A stretch of DNA of 64,000 nt from Klebsormidium nitens (lineage: Eukaryota > Plantae > Klebsormidiophyceae). This document shows positions 12,319 to 25,200 of this stretch, one piece after another; positions within the stretch are counted from its first letter, which is position 1, and each line of letters opens with the position of its first letter. The notes under the pieces were generated by a model. It saw only the letters and a program-made list of their open reading frames with translations, was not told the origin of the DNA and did no database searches. The position numbers were made by a program, and so were the translations under genes. The DNA is taken from positions 124,001 to 188,000 of the forward strand of contig DF236986.1 of assembly GCA_000708835.1 (NCBI GenBank), read 5' to 3'.

Positions 12319-13496
12319 GAAAGCTAGCAGCTCCGAATAGTGCGAGTCAGAGTCAGTGTTCGGCCGGTCCTAGGAAACCTTGTACCACAGGGGATATTGA
12401 AGAACTGATCACCCCTGTAAAAGGAATGAGAACGGGGGTATGATTGAGCCACGGTGAATCTATAAGCATCGACCTTGCTGTCCGGCCGTCGAAGAAAGCT
12501 CGATCATGTGCTAGCACCCCCCCTACATGTTGTGCAATGGGGCGCAAGTACTGCGGCGGGTAATGCAACCAGAAAGCATCGGTTGCGTACTGACTCTCAT
12601 CGTACAACGGTGATCCACAAAGAGCACGAATTTAATGGCATCTGCGTCTTAGAGAGTGGCCGGTGAAGATATATATCGGATTTGACATGATATACGTACG
12701 GCCAGCGCACCGCGGCGCGGCCTACACATGTGCGGCATAGCCTGGGCAGTACACACTAATATAAGTACCACGTTTCGATTTGAAAGAATCTTGCATGCCA
12801 GATGAGCTTAAAATATTTTCAGTAAAGCAATGGAGATGATCACCAGGCATGAATAATAACGGCCATGTGTACGTGCGTCGATCCTGAAGATGACGGTGCC
12901 CTTCTTTGTAATCGCACGCGCCTTAGGTTCGCCAACTCTGGACAGACGGTCGCGGTACATCTCTGGGAGGACATACTTAGGCAAATCATCATGCAGTTTA
13001 ATAAGTACGCACTTACTCATACAAAACACCTGTTTCCGGCAATGTGCCATGACAGAATGACATTGCAGCGCTGGCCGGCCGCCGTTCTTGCACTGAGCTA
13101 TGTAAAAGCGCCGCGGTGGTAGCATGTCGATCGAAACGGTCACAAACAGAAAGCTCTTTGGTTAGTACCTAATCTTTCCATGATCAAAGCCTAGCGGTCT
13201 TTCATATGCATCCTCGATGTGACGTGTAATCGCAGCACGGTCTAAACTCTTTCAGAATCATCATGTGAAATCTGACAGTCCGTGCATGCTTGGAAGAGCC
13301 CCTCAATATCAGCACACACACCGCGGATAGCTTCGACTGAAGCCGAAGAACCGAGGCGCATCGTGTCCACCTTGACCTGTTAGCTAATTATTTACCTTGA
13401 CCAAACCTACTCTGGCCAACACAACCTTACAAAATTACCCCTACGATGTTCCCTTGCGGAACCTGATGATCAACACGCAACAAGTCCAACTGTACG

Positions 13497-14707
13497 TTAT
13501 TGCTTCGAAGGAGATGCCGAGGAGCGCCTATCAACCACAATCTGCAACTGCGAATCCGGCATGTACCCAGCCGGCGTAACGGGTCTCGCTCGAACATTCG
13601 CCCCGGCCGCTTGAACCGGAGGCCGGTTGTTGGGTCCACCTCTGTTGTCCTTATAGCAAGCACAGATCATCACAAGGCTGCAAATCGTTATGAATCCCCC
13701 GAAGAGCACAACGTATTCAAGGGTAGGCGGCGTGTGCCGCATGACGTCCTTCAGGCACGCTTCCGCCGTTGCGTTTGGTGCTGACACGTAGCACCCAGTT
13801 GTGCTCCGACTAGATATTGCGCCAATGCTGAGTCCGCTGTTTCTGGCCCATACACTGGGGCCGCGTTTCCAGCCGCCCTCGGGGAACGGACTTTCCGGAA
13901 GTGACGTCACGAACTGGCCGCACTGCGTCATGATCTTGAGGGTGAGGAGCGTCGTGTAGGTGGAGCCAAAGGCGGGGTCGCGTTCGACCCTGTAGTACCT
14001 GGAAAGGGAAGCTCGTTTGAATCGAAATCCTGAATATTTAGAGCAACGGAAAGAACATAAGTGATCAGATGTGTTCGAATATGCACCAACAGTCACTGAT
14101 TGACATGAAGATCAGAGGCAGAGCTTCTACCCAGATTGAGGAGGGCGAAAAGCAGGGGCTGAAGTAGGGGCTTGCAAGGATGTCAGGTCTGGCCTCGGCG
14201 CATGAACTGGACAGCTTTCGTGAGAAGAACAAGCGATGACAGAAAGAGAGGCAACCTTACTACGCTCCAACGATCAGGCAGGTCAAAAAACCCTACAGCA
14301 AACGATTTTAGCTTTCCTCCTAACGAAGCAGGTTAATGGGACATGGAAAAGGTTAGCGACCGTGACTTGAGACCCGCAACAATCTTAGAAAAGCCAGCAG
14401 GATGCTCTCCTGAGATATGTTCTTGTACAGTTTTTACATTTACACCGTGGTAGAACCGTCCACGATTTGATTCTGTTGTTTTCTGTGGAATGCAATATTT
14501 AGGAGCCAATACTCACTGATCTGAATTCTTCACGTCGCGCCAGTAGCTGTAATCAACGAAGAGTTGCAAGTCGCTGCTGTAGCGACCGCTGTATGGTTTG
14601 TCACACAGAAAGGTCGCCGCTCCGTCGGCCTTCATTGTACTGCCGACTAGAAGAGCGACAAATAGCAGGAGCCGAGTGGCCTTGAAACTAGAGGGGGCTG
14701 CAGCCAT
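13497..14707 (-). CDS. Hypothetical single-pass membrane protein with signal peptide (about 230 aa). Exons 14707-14517, 13998-13497
   Basis: The N-terminus MAAAPSSFKATRLLLFVALLVGSTMKADG is signal-peptide-like. A GTGAGT donor and ctttccAG acceptor join in phase 2. A hydrophobic helix LEYVVLFGGFITICSLVMICACY is followed by a basic/Pro-rich tail. I recognise no family. Confidence 0.55.
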
Positions 14708-17563
14708 GGACCGGCGGTTCATCTGCACGTGAGGAAAGTGTGTTGTTTCGTTAGTGGATAAATGACGAGTTGCATCACAATGACATGGTTGTTTTAAAAA
14801 TCACTGTTGACTTGACTTGATGATGACTTTGCTTTTGACTACGGGTTTGTAAAGCAAGGCTTTCGAGATCAGGTGATCTGTTGAGAGTTGCATAAGGAAA
14901 AGGAAAAGACCGCAGAGGTACATTCTGAAGAAAGGAAGGATGTCTTGCTCTTGCATCTCGCCGAATGCTTCATAGACACCGAAACTTCAATCTTATCGAT
15001 GCCGAATGAGAAGCTGTGCCTCAAACACGCTGTGGACAAAGGTTTCCAAAACGAGGAAGCCATCAATCAAGGCTAACATATCCATCCAGTTCCATTCAAT
15101 CGCAAAATAAACGCATCAGCTTAAGCCTTACAGAAACGTTCAAGACAGAATGAATGTGAATCATTCGAGGCCAAATAATTTCAAAACCGACTCAAGAAGG
15201 GTCTCTCTAAGTTTAAGCAATCTTGAACTCTCAGAGGAGAGACACCGAGGACCACTAGGTCAGCTAGAAAGAAGGACAAGTTTGAACAAAATTGCACGCT
15301 TTCCACGCACCATCAGGTGAGGAGGAAATCAAATGAGGATTCGCATCAAGATAGAGAAAACGTCAGCGGAAAGCTTACATTGCAGCCGGCGCCAATCCAA
15401 TGCATCCTCTTCTGCTTCCAGGTACAGTTGAGCTCTGTTGAGCAGGCTGTTGATGCGGATGTGGAGCAGAACGCAGCAGGTGCGTGATATCTTTTTGGCA
15501 GGAGCTAATGCGTGAGAGGAATTGTCTGCGAAGTCCGCTGAAAGAGGTGATTTGATTTATTGAATTGGACGAAAGACGTCGGAACTCAAGCAAGTGCTAG
15601 TACTTTATACTCCCTACAACACACTCCATTTGACCTGCTGTGGCAGCAGAATTCCTTCACTGCTCTCACCAGATAACTCATCTTTCTGATAACTTCAAGG
15701 CAGAGAGCGTCTGTTGGAAAGTCAGCTTCCCGGAAGCCGGTCAGAATACCTCCTTCCACGAAGGATCATGTTACTTGCATGCGCAGGGCGGCCCAGCTAG
15801 CGCGCGGGCGCCGCGCCTTGTATTGTTACCGTTGAACGTCGGGGCCGCGGGGGTTTGGAAGAGGTTTTGAATTGACGGCGCGGCTGAAGAACGCAACGCG
15901 CCGCCGCCGCTATGCGCCGCGGCCGCACGCACTAGTACCGGTCGCCGAGTTTGAGAGCCTGAGGGCAGATAGGGAATGAGGCAAGCTTCGGATCCATTAA
16001 TTCGGATCCTTTTAAGAATGGCCACTGATGAGGGAGCTGTATTCGTCAAGACTATCAAATTTAGAAGCCAAGTAAGACGGCAACGAATGAGAGGCCTCCA
16101 GTGAGCGAGACGCAGTATGAAGACCGGGACGACGCTTCTGATTTCTATAACTCGCTCACGTGCGTTAAAAAGTCCGGGCCTTGAAGGAAAGGAAAGAGTA
16201 CTGGGCGTTTTCCCCCCCCCTCTCGTGAATCATTTCGGGGCAGATTGGGTTCTGGCGTCTTGACGCCTGTGATGCATCACAAAAGTCGCTGCAAAGGCGC
16301 CTTGCAGCAGCAGCATTAAAATTTTCATAGCTGACCTCAGTTATAAAAATGTCGGACCATGCCCGTGAAGCACTGGGATCTCTTGAAAGTGTCAGTTGGC
16401 CCAATTTTATTTGGAACAATTTTATGTGGAAAGTCTGAGTAAGTGAATGCGTACTCATTGATTGTTCTAGTTGGCGTACCTCTCAAGTGTCAGACTCTCG
16501 GGTATTCAACTTCGGCATCTTTTAGAAGATTCTCAAGATCTATTTTTGCCTCTGTCTCGATTCTACGCTTTGTCTGTGCTCACTCAGTGGTGGGCAGTGA
16601 TTAGACCAGCTTGGGATAGCAGTCAGGACCTATGGGTGCGGTTCGCTAAGTTCTTCAAGAGATACCAGGTGGGCCGGATCCCCAGTCCGTGGCGGCAAGT
16701 TCAGTCTTACAGCTCGAGGACACAGCTTTCAACGGGTCCCATATCGTCGCGTCGCCGTTCACTAGTCAGTTCTGATAGGGATAAACTTAAATAGTGCTTC
16801 GAAGTACGTATTAAATCTGGTCTTCAAGTGTCCTGACGATTCGAAAAGTTGAACCGCTGACGATCGAACCCAGGATGTTTTCCAGCGACTCCGCTAAAAT
16901 GGAAAGAGGAGAGCGCGATGAGCCCTTGATCTCAGGTAAATTTAGGCCTCAGAACTTCAACCTTGGAAGACGAGGGCTCAGCGCATTTCACCGTAAAAAG
17001 GGCAGCTTCAAGGCGATGGCGCGCTCACCAACTGATCTAGCATTGAAGTTATCGAAGGTCGCCGGAACTTTTTCATGCTGAGACCATAGCAAGCTCCAAA
17101 TTGCAGCGAGTTTTTTGTGCAGCGTCGATCCTCAATCCGGAACGGTGGCTCGAAGCAGGAGAGGTACTCAAACCAATCTTGCAGCAAGGGGGCATGCAGC
17201 TGACCAGAGAGAGGAGGCAATGCAAGCATTGCAACACTGATGTTTTGGAAAGAAACGTGTTGCAAGGAGTACGTGGGCTCGCAACATCTGCGAAGCCCCT
17301 CAGGGTCCTAGCGGAGAGCTGTAGCTGGATAGCCTTCACTTTGATTAGTTGAATACATTTCTCCAACTTGCAGAGAAAGAGGAAGCGCAAAAAGCTTTCA
17401 ATGCATGTAAGCTAAGTGCTCAAATGCAGGCTTCAGACCGATTGAGAGAAAGGTTCTTTCCCCCAATAAGCTGTTGAGTGCAGGTTCGAACGCAAGATCT
17501 GCTTGGCCCTTTCACTGCATTCTAATCAAAACGAACCTTCAAGGCAAAGAAGAATCGAGCAGA

Positions 17564-20500
17564 ATGGCTTCTCCACAAGCAGCGCCCTCTGCTTCGAAAC
17601 GCGCGCCCTGCGCCCGAGCGTCCGCTCCCATTGAACCCTTCAACCCCCCGAACAACAGCTGCAGCAGCTTCGGAGACCTGCCGCCATGCATGCAGCAGCG
17701 CATCTTCTCGCTCCTCCCAACGGACGCGGCCGACATTCTGCGCGCGTCGGGCGTCTGCCGCGCGTGGGCCGCGGCCGCGGACGACGCGCTCGCGGCCGCG
17801 CCGCGCGTCGGCTTCGCCGTCGCGATCTGGGGCCGCCGCTCGCTGCTCTCGTGGCTGTCCTCTCTCAGCACCGTGCTCAACAAGTGCGCGCGCCTACGCG
17901 ACCTCGAGGTTTCGCTCGCGTGCGCGCTCCCCGAGCCGCTCGAACCGGTCGGGATCGAGGTTTTGCTGGAGGGGTTTCTGCGCCAGCTGGCAACACTGTC
18001 CGTCGTCAAAACCCGCCTGGAAGGGTTTGCGCTCAGCCTGTCGGGCGACCTCGCGCAGCCGACGCGCGGGCTCGACTTCGTCCTCGCGGCCGCGGCGCTC
18101 AAGCGGTTAGCGCTAACCAACGTGGTCATCCCCGCGCACGGGCTAAACCTCCGGCGCACCGACCGCTGCGCGGCGTCGCTGGGCGCCCTCGCGCTCACGG
18201 GCGTCGAGATCGCGGCCGACGACCTGTGCGCGCTCGTCGCGTACCTGCGGGGTTTGGAGGTTTTGGAGCTGTGCGGCACGGGCGCCGCGGACCTGCACGT
18301 GGCGTCTGAGGGTTTGAGGGTTTTGCGCGTGTCGAACCACGCCGTGGGCGTGCTGGACCTGAAGACGCCCAAGCTGGAGGATCTGCGAGTGGAGAAGGGG
18401 CGGGCGAACATGGGCTTCACCCTGTGCACCGAGGTGAGGTACTTTCCGGTGTGAGCTCGGTTTGTTTTGTTTGATATGCGAAACAACGGTCAGGACAAAC
18501 TCAACCAGGTGCAGCAAAGTGTTGTAACGGCGAAGCGAATTCTCTTGGGAAGCCCTGTCAAGCGTACTTTCTAGAAACCAAAACCGGTTCGCTGCAGATG
18601 TGCGCTCGCAAAACGTTTATTGACGGAGGTATGAAATCGTGGGAAGAATTCACAGAAAGGGTATCTCTAAATGTGCCCATCTAAGTAATTTTGACTCCCA
18701 ATCTAGAGTGCCTCGTAAGCGGACGTTTTTGACGGACCGTCTTTCTCGTTCCTCTGGAATTTTGGAATTTCGAGATATCTACGTGGACGCCTCTCCATAA
18801 ACAGATCGTACCTAAGTGTTCAGCGTTCATAACAGGGTTCACAAATCAGAAGCTTAATGCGACTTGTTGACAGAGCTCAAAGGGGGCTTTCAGTCCTTGC
18901 AGAAGGCTGGTCAAAACCGCGCCGCCAAGAAAACTTTCGGTAGATAGCTTTTCTACTATCGGACACGTTTGCATCCCTTCTTAGCTGAGCACTAGAATGC
19001 AAACCCACCTACGGCTGGTACTGGGCGGTTTTCGAACCGACATTCCAATTCAAAAGTTTTGGCACCGTTCCGTCCGTCAGGCAAATCCAATCTGAGCATC
19101 GCAGCTCGACGTAGCGGATACGGTCCCTGATCAAAAGGTTGACTGAAAGTCAAAGTCAGAACGCGACTCGGAGGTGCGCCCCAGTTTTGGGCGGGCCTTC
19201 CACAAAACACTTGAAAAGTGGTGCAAAGGATCCAAGTGCAGATTCGACACCCGCCGGCTGAGAACGCAGCTACATTTTTACCCGATACACTTCGTCAAAG
19301 TCAAATTCAGAAGGGACGCCAATGCAGGTTACAGGAGTGCCAGACTGCGCCTACTCGAGGGCGGCCCTCCAAACTTCCGGTTGGGTCTGTGCGACTGATC
19401 GCATTTCATTCTCCCGCAGAATATGTCCAAGTCTCGCCGGCTGAGCATCGCAACTACGGCGGAGCCAACACGATCACTAGATTCGCCATCAAAAGCAGAA
19501 CGCACGAGATCAAAAAGCCGGAAATGTATTGAGTGCGCCGGGCCTTCACATTCCTGGCCAGTTTTCTGCTAATGAATGAATACGAACAATCTCGCAGGGC
19601 AAGTCGACTTCCTCTGACTGTGCATCGCAGCCACGAGGGACCCAATACAACTCCTGACAGCAATCACGGGAATCTGAAAGTCCCGACGCAAATGTTAAAT
19701 GCATTCCTGGGTGCGCACATGCTTGGGCGGGCGATCAATACCCACAATCATTTTGATTCTCCCGCAGGGCAAGTCCAAGATCCGCCGCCCAAGCGTCGCA
19801 ACTACAATTGCGCGGAAACGCGCATCCCCTGTTATGTCTGAACGCTTGCAAACAAAAGTTATACGAAACGCGAATTGCGAACTGCGAACTGCGCCCACTC
19901 TTCGGTTTTTCCAAACCAGATTTTGAACTCGCGTAGGGCAAGTCCAAGATTCGGCGGCTGAGCATCACGCTGCAGGGCCTGGGGTACCTGCGCATCTTCG
20001 GCGAGCTGCGCGAGGTGGAGGCCGTGACGCTGTCCGCCAACTGCTGGGACTGGACCGGCAACATCGCGTCCGTCCTGCAGGTGCGCGGAATCGGAACGGG
20101 CGGAACGGTCTTGTGCTTTTGTTCTGAAAACGAATGTTCGGAACTTCTTTGTTTGACCCCTGATAGACACACGGAGGGATGACGACAGGGGGAGATGAAG
20201 ATTGCGAAGCCCTGTGTGCTTCTCTGGAAACGCTTTAAAGGGAGAACTTTTTCAAAGACCAAACCGTGTTCACCTATGTTTTTTCAAGGTTTGTACAATA
20301 TACGACGGGGTTCTCAGTTGCGCCCGTGTCTATGTTGCCAGATAACAGCTCCACTTTCGTTCGTCTTGAAAGCAGCCTTGCAACAAGCAAAACCTCTCTC
20401 TGTTAGCCAGCATGTCAGACAGCCCAGGAGTCTCCAGCAAGGAGTGCCTTACTTTCCTCGGTTCCCTACAATCCCTTCATCTCAAATCCCTAAAGTTTGA

Positions 20501-21162
20501 AATCATTCCATCTGCGGAACGGCAGACGAATCCGTCAGGAGTTCAAGACTCAAGAATTCGGAATTGGACTCAAGCTATCGCAGAACAGCCCCCCATTCTG
20601 ACAGACCCCCCCTTGAATCTCAGTGTTGTTATCACTCTGCCTGCAGAACAGCCCCCGCCTGCTCCACCTCGCCCTCGAGGCCGCGCGCGACACCCCCCCC
20701 GACTACCCCGACATCGGCAACATGCTCGCGCGCATGACCACCGCCGCGGAACCGCTCGACCTCTTCTCCTTCCCCGGTCGCTTCCCCCGGCTCGTCTCCC
20801 TCACCCTCCCGCTGGGCATGACGGAGCAAATGGTGCTCGGGGCGCGCGTTTCCGGCGACCAATCGCCACAGTTCGCCGCGCTGGAGTCGCTGGAAGTCGC
20901 TATCTGGCAGCCCAGCGCGGCGCATCTGCGGTGGCTGGAGGGCCTCGTCGAGGCGGCGCCCCGCCTGAAACGCGTTGCGATTGCGATCGTGGCCAAGTGG
21001 GACAAGGCCCTGCTGCACTTCAGTCTGCGCCAGTGTAGCGCGAAAGCGTGCATCGAGTATCTGGACGATACCGGAGAGAATCTGTACACGTTCTTTCACG
21101 GACTGTGCGCGCTGCAGAAGCGGAGCCCGGGCGTCGACATCGCGTGGGAGAAGATCGAGTAG
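17564..21162 (+). CDS. F-box/LRR (RNI-like) protein (about 509 aa). Exons 17564-18433, 19937-20080, 20647-21162
   Basis: F-box motif FGDLPPCMQQRIFSLLP..DILRASGVCRAW, followed by LxxLxL repeats (LRDLEVSL, LKRLALTNV, LEVLELCG, LEDLRV, LVSLTLP, LESLEVAI). Strong GC3 codon bias; both introns are phase-0 GT-AG. Confidence 0.85.
19070..19936 (+). repeat. Intronic array of about 170 bp units, each a degenerate copy of the acceptor plus start of F-box exon 2
   Basis: The real exon starts ag|GGCAAGTCCAAGATTCGGCGGCTGAGCATC at 19937. Copies start at 19768 (cag|ggcaagtccaagatccgccgcc), 19598 (cag|ggcaagtcgac), 19420 (cag|aatatgtccaagtctcgccggctgagcatc), about 19230-19245 (weak) and 19081 (cag|gcaaatccaatctgagcatc). 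Confidence 0.78.
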
Positions 21163-22284
21163 GGATTCCGTTCCGGTAGCGGGTTCCGCAGCGGGAGTGC
21201 GAGGGAAAAAGCCTGGTGGCGGAAGATTGTAGCCGAAGGGTGAGAGGGTCGACCTTTGGAAGGGTGGCGAAAGATTGTGTTTTTGGGTTCTCAAGAGGAT
21301 TGAGATTTGTCAGTTCGTACGGTAGTTCAGATGCCGGGGAATGCATTTCCATGTTTGAGAGGAAGATAATTGAGGAACTCCAATCAGAATTTTTGCGATG
21401 GTGGCGACAGAGTCAATTGAGTCTGAACACTAAACGTGTCCTAGGCATTCACAATCACATTCACTGGTGACGTTGGGCCCGTGAACCGCACTGACTACAC
21501 ATCAAGCTCAGGCTGTTGTTGGGTCACCGGATAGATCCGTCAAGGCTCCTTTTCAATCATGCATCATGTACCAAAAGTCCGACATTTCATGACGATAGCA
21601 TTGTGAACTTAGTGTCTGCCTAGCATCGTTGCTGTTGAAGCAGATTGACTAGAAGAATCAGTGTATACTCGTATGGGCCCGAATACAATGTCATCGGGCC
21701 AGTATCTATCTTTGTTGTAGTACGTAACGGTGTGGAACCAATTGAGACATGACGCTTGCGCAGCCCGAGGCGTGGAGCTAGCTGCGATCCGTCGCGGCGA
21801 CACGGCGAGCATGCGTCGGATGAAAGTCGAACAAGCTTGAGATGGTATATATAAGCCAAGATATATAACAGTGGGCTCCAACCAATCGACCGTCCGCAAA
21901 CCAGGCATCATTATACTTCGAGCCCGACCGATACGTGGAGGCAAGAAAGTATGATATATCCTTCATTTTGGTGTATGGACTCCAACGAAGGCCACATGCT
22001 CATCAGAACGAGTCTGCAAAGTGGCCTACCACAGTGATGCAAGAGCTTCAGAGCCGAGGTGGACCCCATGAGGATTCATCACATGCAAAGGACTGACCCT
22101 CAGCGGGCCTTCGTTGAAGCGCTTTAGAAGGTGGCAAGCATATGGCGAATGTTACCATCTCCAGCTCAGAACGCAGGGCACGGTTGGGTCTAGATCGTCT
22201 CAACCAGTGCATTCTTTCCAACAGCATGTGCACTGGCATTCAACACACGGAGGCGGCATGCAAAACAATTTTGCACGTTTAACT

Positions 22285-25200
22285 TTACACACTCGGCAGG
22301 TCCGTCTGCCGCCACCGCCGGTACGGCCCTTTCACCCCCTCCTCGCTCTCGGCCATGCCGATGCCAGCCGACCCGCCCCCGTCATACCCAACGTAATACA
22401 GCCGCCACCGGTCGCCCCCCATGGGCACCAAACACGGCCTGCAAACACTATGATTATCCCACACTGACGTCACATCCGACGGTGCGAAAACGACGCCCTC
22501 CGCCTTCGCCCACGACCCCAACCCGTCCTTCGACTTCGCGACGCCGATGCGCCGCCGCCCGTCCCCCCCCACCATTTCGAACGCCATGAAGTACCCCCCG
22601 CCGCGGGGGTCGGGGACCACGTGGGGAGCGGCGACCCCTCTCTCGTCAAACGCCCCGGGAGCGTCGCCCGGTTGGAGCACCCGACCAAGCTTCTGCCACC
22701 GGACGCCCTCGCGAGACCGCGCGAGACCGATGCTGAAGGTGTTGCTGTTCGTGTCGAGGGAGTGGTAGAACATGCGCAGGTCCTGGGGGACGTAGAAGAC
22801 GACCTGGGGGTACAGGGGGGGAAGAAGAGTGACGACAGCAGTCAGTGTATATTTTTGAACAAATTCTGAAAGTGTCGAGGGAGTGGTAGAACATGCGCGG
22901 GTCCTGGGGGACGTGGAAAACGACCTGCGGGGACGGGGGACCAGAAGTGACGTCAATAATTGATGTAACGGCGTTTAGCGGAAGTTCGAAGGGCGTGCGC
23001 AGGTCCTGGGGTATTTGGAAGACGACTTGGGAGCCCAGCGTGACGTCAGCGGTCAGGTGTAATGTCACCAAGCGATGTTAGAGAAAGCGCACATCGGCAA
23101 TTTGCGGCGGATTTCAGCTCGGGTTCTGGAGCTGGCACTTGGGAATTTCCCCCGATAAGGTCGGATGTGTTCAGCAAGCATTTGCAGGCTTGCTGAGGTT
23201 GAATCGCTATTTGCCGGCTCTCAACTGCTGCCAACCCTCCAGGTCCGTCAAGAAACTGATTTGTAGCAATGCAAGTTGAAAAGCAGGGGATTATTTGCGG
23301 TTCCAAAGCGGAAGAGCGTCTGGTACATGCTGTTGTGAAAGAAAGGCGTTGGACGAAAAGCAGAGGGCCCCCGGTCCAGATCCAAAAGATCGTCAAAAGC
23401 GAAGCCAGTGAGGATGTCTGGAGCGGCATTATCTATCAGCTAAAGTCGATCCAATGCCCGAATGTCGAACGCCTCGAATGTCCAACACCCCGACCAAGCG
23501 GATTTCGTACTTGAGAAAGACAAGCACGGTTCCTACCGTCATTGCTTCAAATCTGCATTCGTGCCAATAGATTGACTGCTTCGAACAGATACGCGGGTTC
23601 AAAATCGGTCTTTCGGAAAGGCCATACAAAATCTTCCCCGAGAACCCGTCAAGCAAAAAGAAGCACCGTCAAGTAGCTCTTGAAGCAACCTTCTGGGAAG
23701 CGACCAGCTTCACAAAAGCTTTGCAGAGAATGTCACCTGCGGGCAACCAACGAAGAGCGCGTCCCACTCGCCCTCCTCTCCAACGTCAAAAAGCGCCCCC
23801 GAGTGGTGTTCCCCCTCGATGCGCGCCCAGTTCTTCCCGTCCTGGCTCATTGCAAGGCCCGGCCGCTGCCGGAGTCCCTCTACGATAGTGCCCGGAGGGG
23901 ATCCCCCGGGCATTGAAAGCAACTCGGGCAGGGGGAGTTCTTCGGCGTCGCCCCCAGAGTAGTACAGCCAGTAGACGCCGGACTGAGCTCGGACCTGCGA
24001 GCGAAAACCTCTCTTTGAAAAGCGATTCAAGTAAAACCTGATAGAAAGTCTTCAACGTAGCTGAATCTTATTTCGAGTTTTTCCACGATAGTACCCCGGA
24101 GGAGACTTTCCGGGCATTGCCAGCAGCTCCAGCGGGGGAAGCTCCTCGGCGTGGCCCCCAGAGTAGTAAAGCCAGTAGACGCCGGACTGGGCTCGGACCT
24201 GCGAGCGAACTTTCAATCCTGATGCAATCCTTGTGACTTCAAATGGAAGGAAGTTTTCTTTCAAAGTCCTTCTATCTAAGGGACACCAGAAGAGATTCAA
24301 CTTCGAACGATGGAAAGTGGTCTAGGGTGGGTTTATTTTAGACTGCGCCCTTCACAGATAGCGCAACCAGGTGAGCTGAACCGACCAAGGATTGACAACG
24401 CGTCAGGTTGAGAGGACTCGGATAGTCATTGTCATGCAGGGAGGATGTGTCCGTCTGACTGCATGCGGGCTTGCTCGCAGGAGTGGGAGGAGTTACATCC
24501 AAGGAGTGCTTGCTTTGAAAAGACACGCTTCCTTTCATTGGCCACCGAGGTACTGCACTTGTGCAACCATTCGACTGCTTCTCAGCGCCTGCTTTGCACC
24601 AACAAAGAAGATCCTTTCATGTGCTACTTAAAAGCGGGCAGAATCAGTGGGATTGTGAGGTTTTTTTGCAATGTCAATGAACTCAAACATGATACCAGCT
24701 TCGATCAATGACTCACCACTTGACTGGACATGATTTGGACGTCCGACACACGGACATGGCGCGTGTCAAAAGTCCACCAGTCCTGATTGGGCTCCATCAC
24801 CATGCCGGTGCCCCCGTTGCCGTACTGGTCCGTCACCACCTTCTCGCCGCCCCTGCCAAAAAAGGTTGAACAATTGAGGCATGCTAACGGCGAGCAGCAA
24901 AGAGAGTGAGGAGTTTGACGGGATCCAAATGTTGGGATACACCTTCTTGTTGGCCCCGCAAAGAAGGAGTGGAGGAGTTTGACGGGATTGGCTGCACCAA
25001 AAGCGACCCGTTGAAGCTCTCTGCCCTTTCATGACCGCCCGCTTCCGTGAGATCCTCAGTTTCTCAGACAAGTCCAAATTGTTGCAATTGCGAGAGAAAC
25101 ATATCTGGCCTGTGATGCCATTGTGCAAGTAGTAAGAAAGTCGGGCCCTCTATTTTGAAGTCTGATTAGGAGCGGATGATAGCAGCTGAAAAGTAAAGAT

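Noticed and set aside
12353-13143. Minus-strand ORFs 12353-12607 and 12808-13143, and short inverted matches CACCGCGGCGC and CGTTTCGAT
   Set aside because: No recognisable motif or codon bias. The inverted matches are not in the mirrored order expected for TIRs.
14869-15770. Exon-like segments on the minus strand (GTAAGC donor at 15378) and a plus-strand 58-nt exon-like piece at 15422-15479
   Set aside because: They can be joined only into a short unrecognisable peptide with a weak donor and nearby stops. They may be 5' UTR exons of the membrane-protein gene, or chance.
16160-17080. Possible degenerate TIR pair (AAAAAGTCCGGGCCTT versus reverse complement AAAAAGTTCCGGCGACCTT) around ORF 16471-16794
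   Set aside because: The alignment needs several gaps, no target-site duplication is evident, and the ORF has no recognisable domain.
17539-21294. Long antisense and alternative-frame ORFs over the F-box exons (for example 17539-18486 minus, 20632-21294 minus), and similar ones over HSP90, PRP28 and the beta-propeller gene
   Set aside because: These are expected shadows of high-GC3 coding sequence, which has few stops on the opposite strand, and show no independent protein features.
21480-22250. Short ORFs between the convergent F-box and beta-propeller 3' ends
   Set aside because: No motifs, splice structure or codon bias; probably UTR or intergenic DNA.
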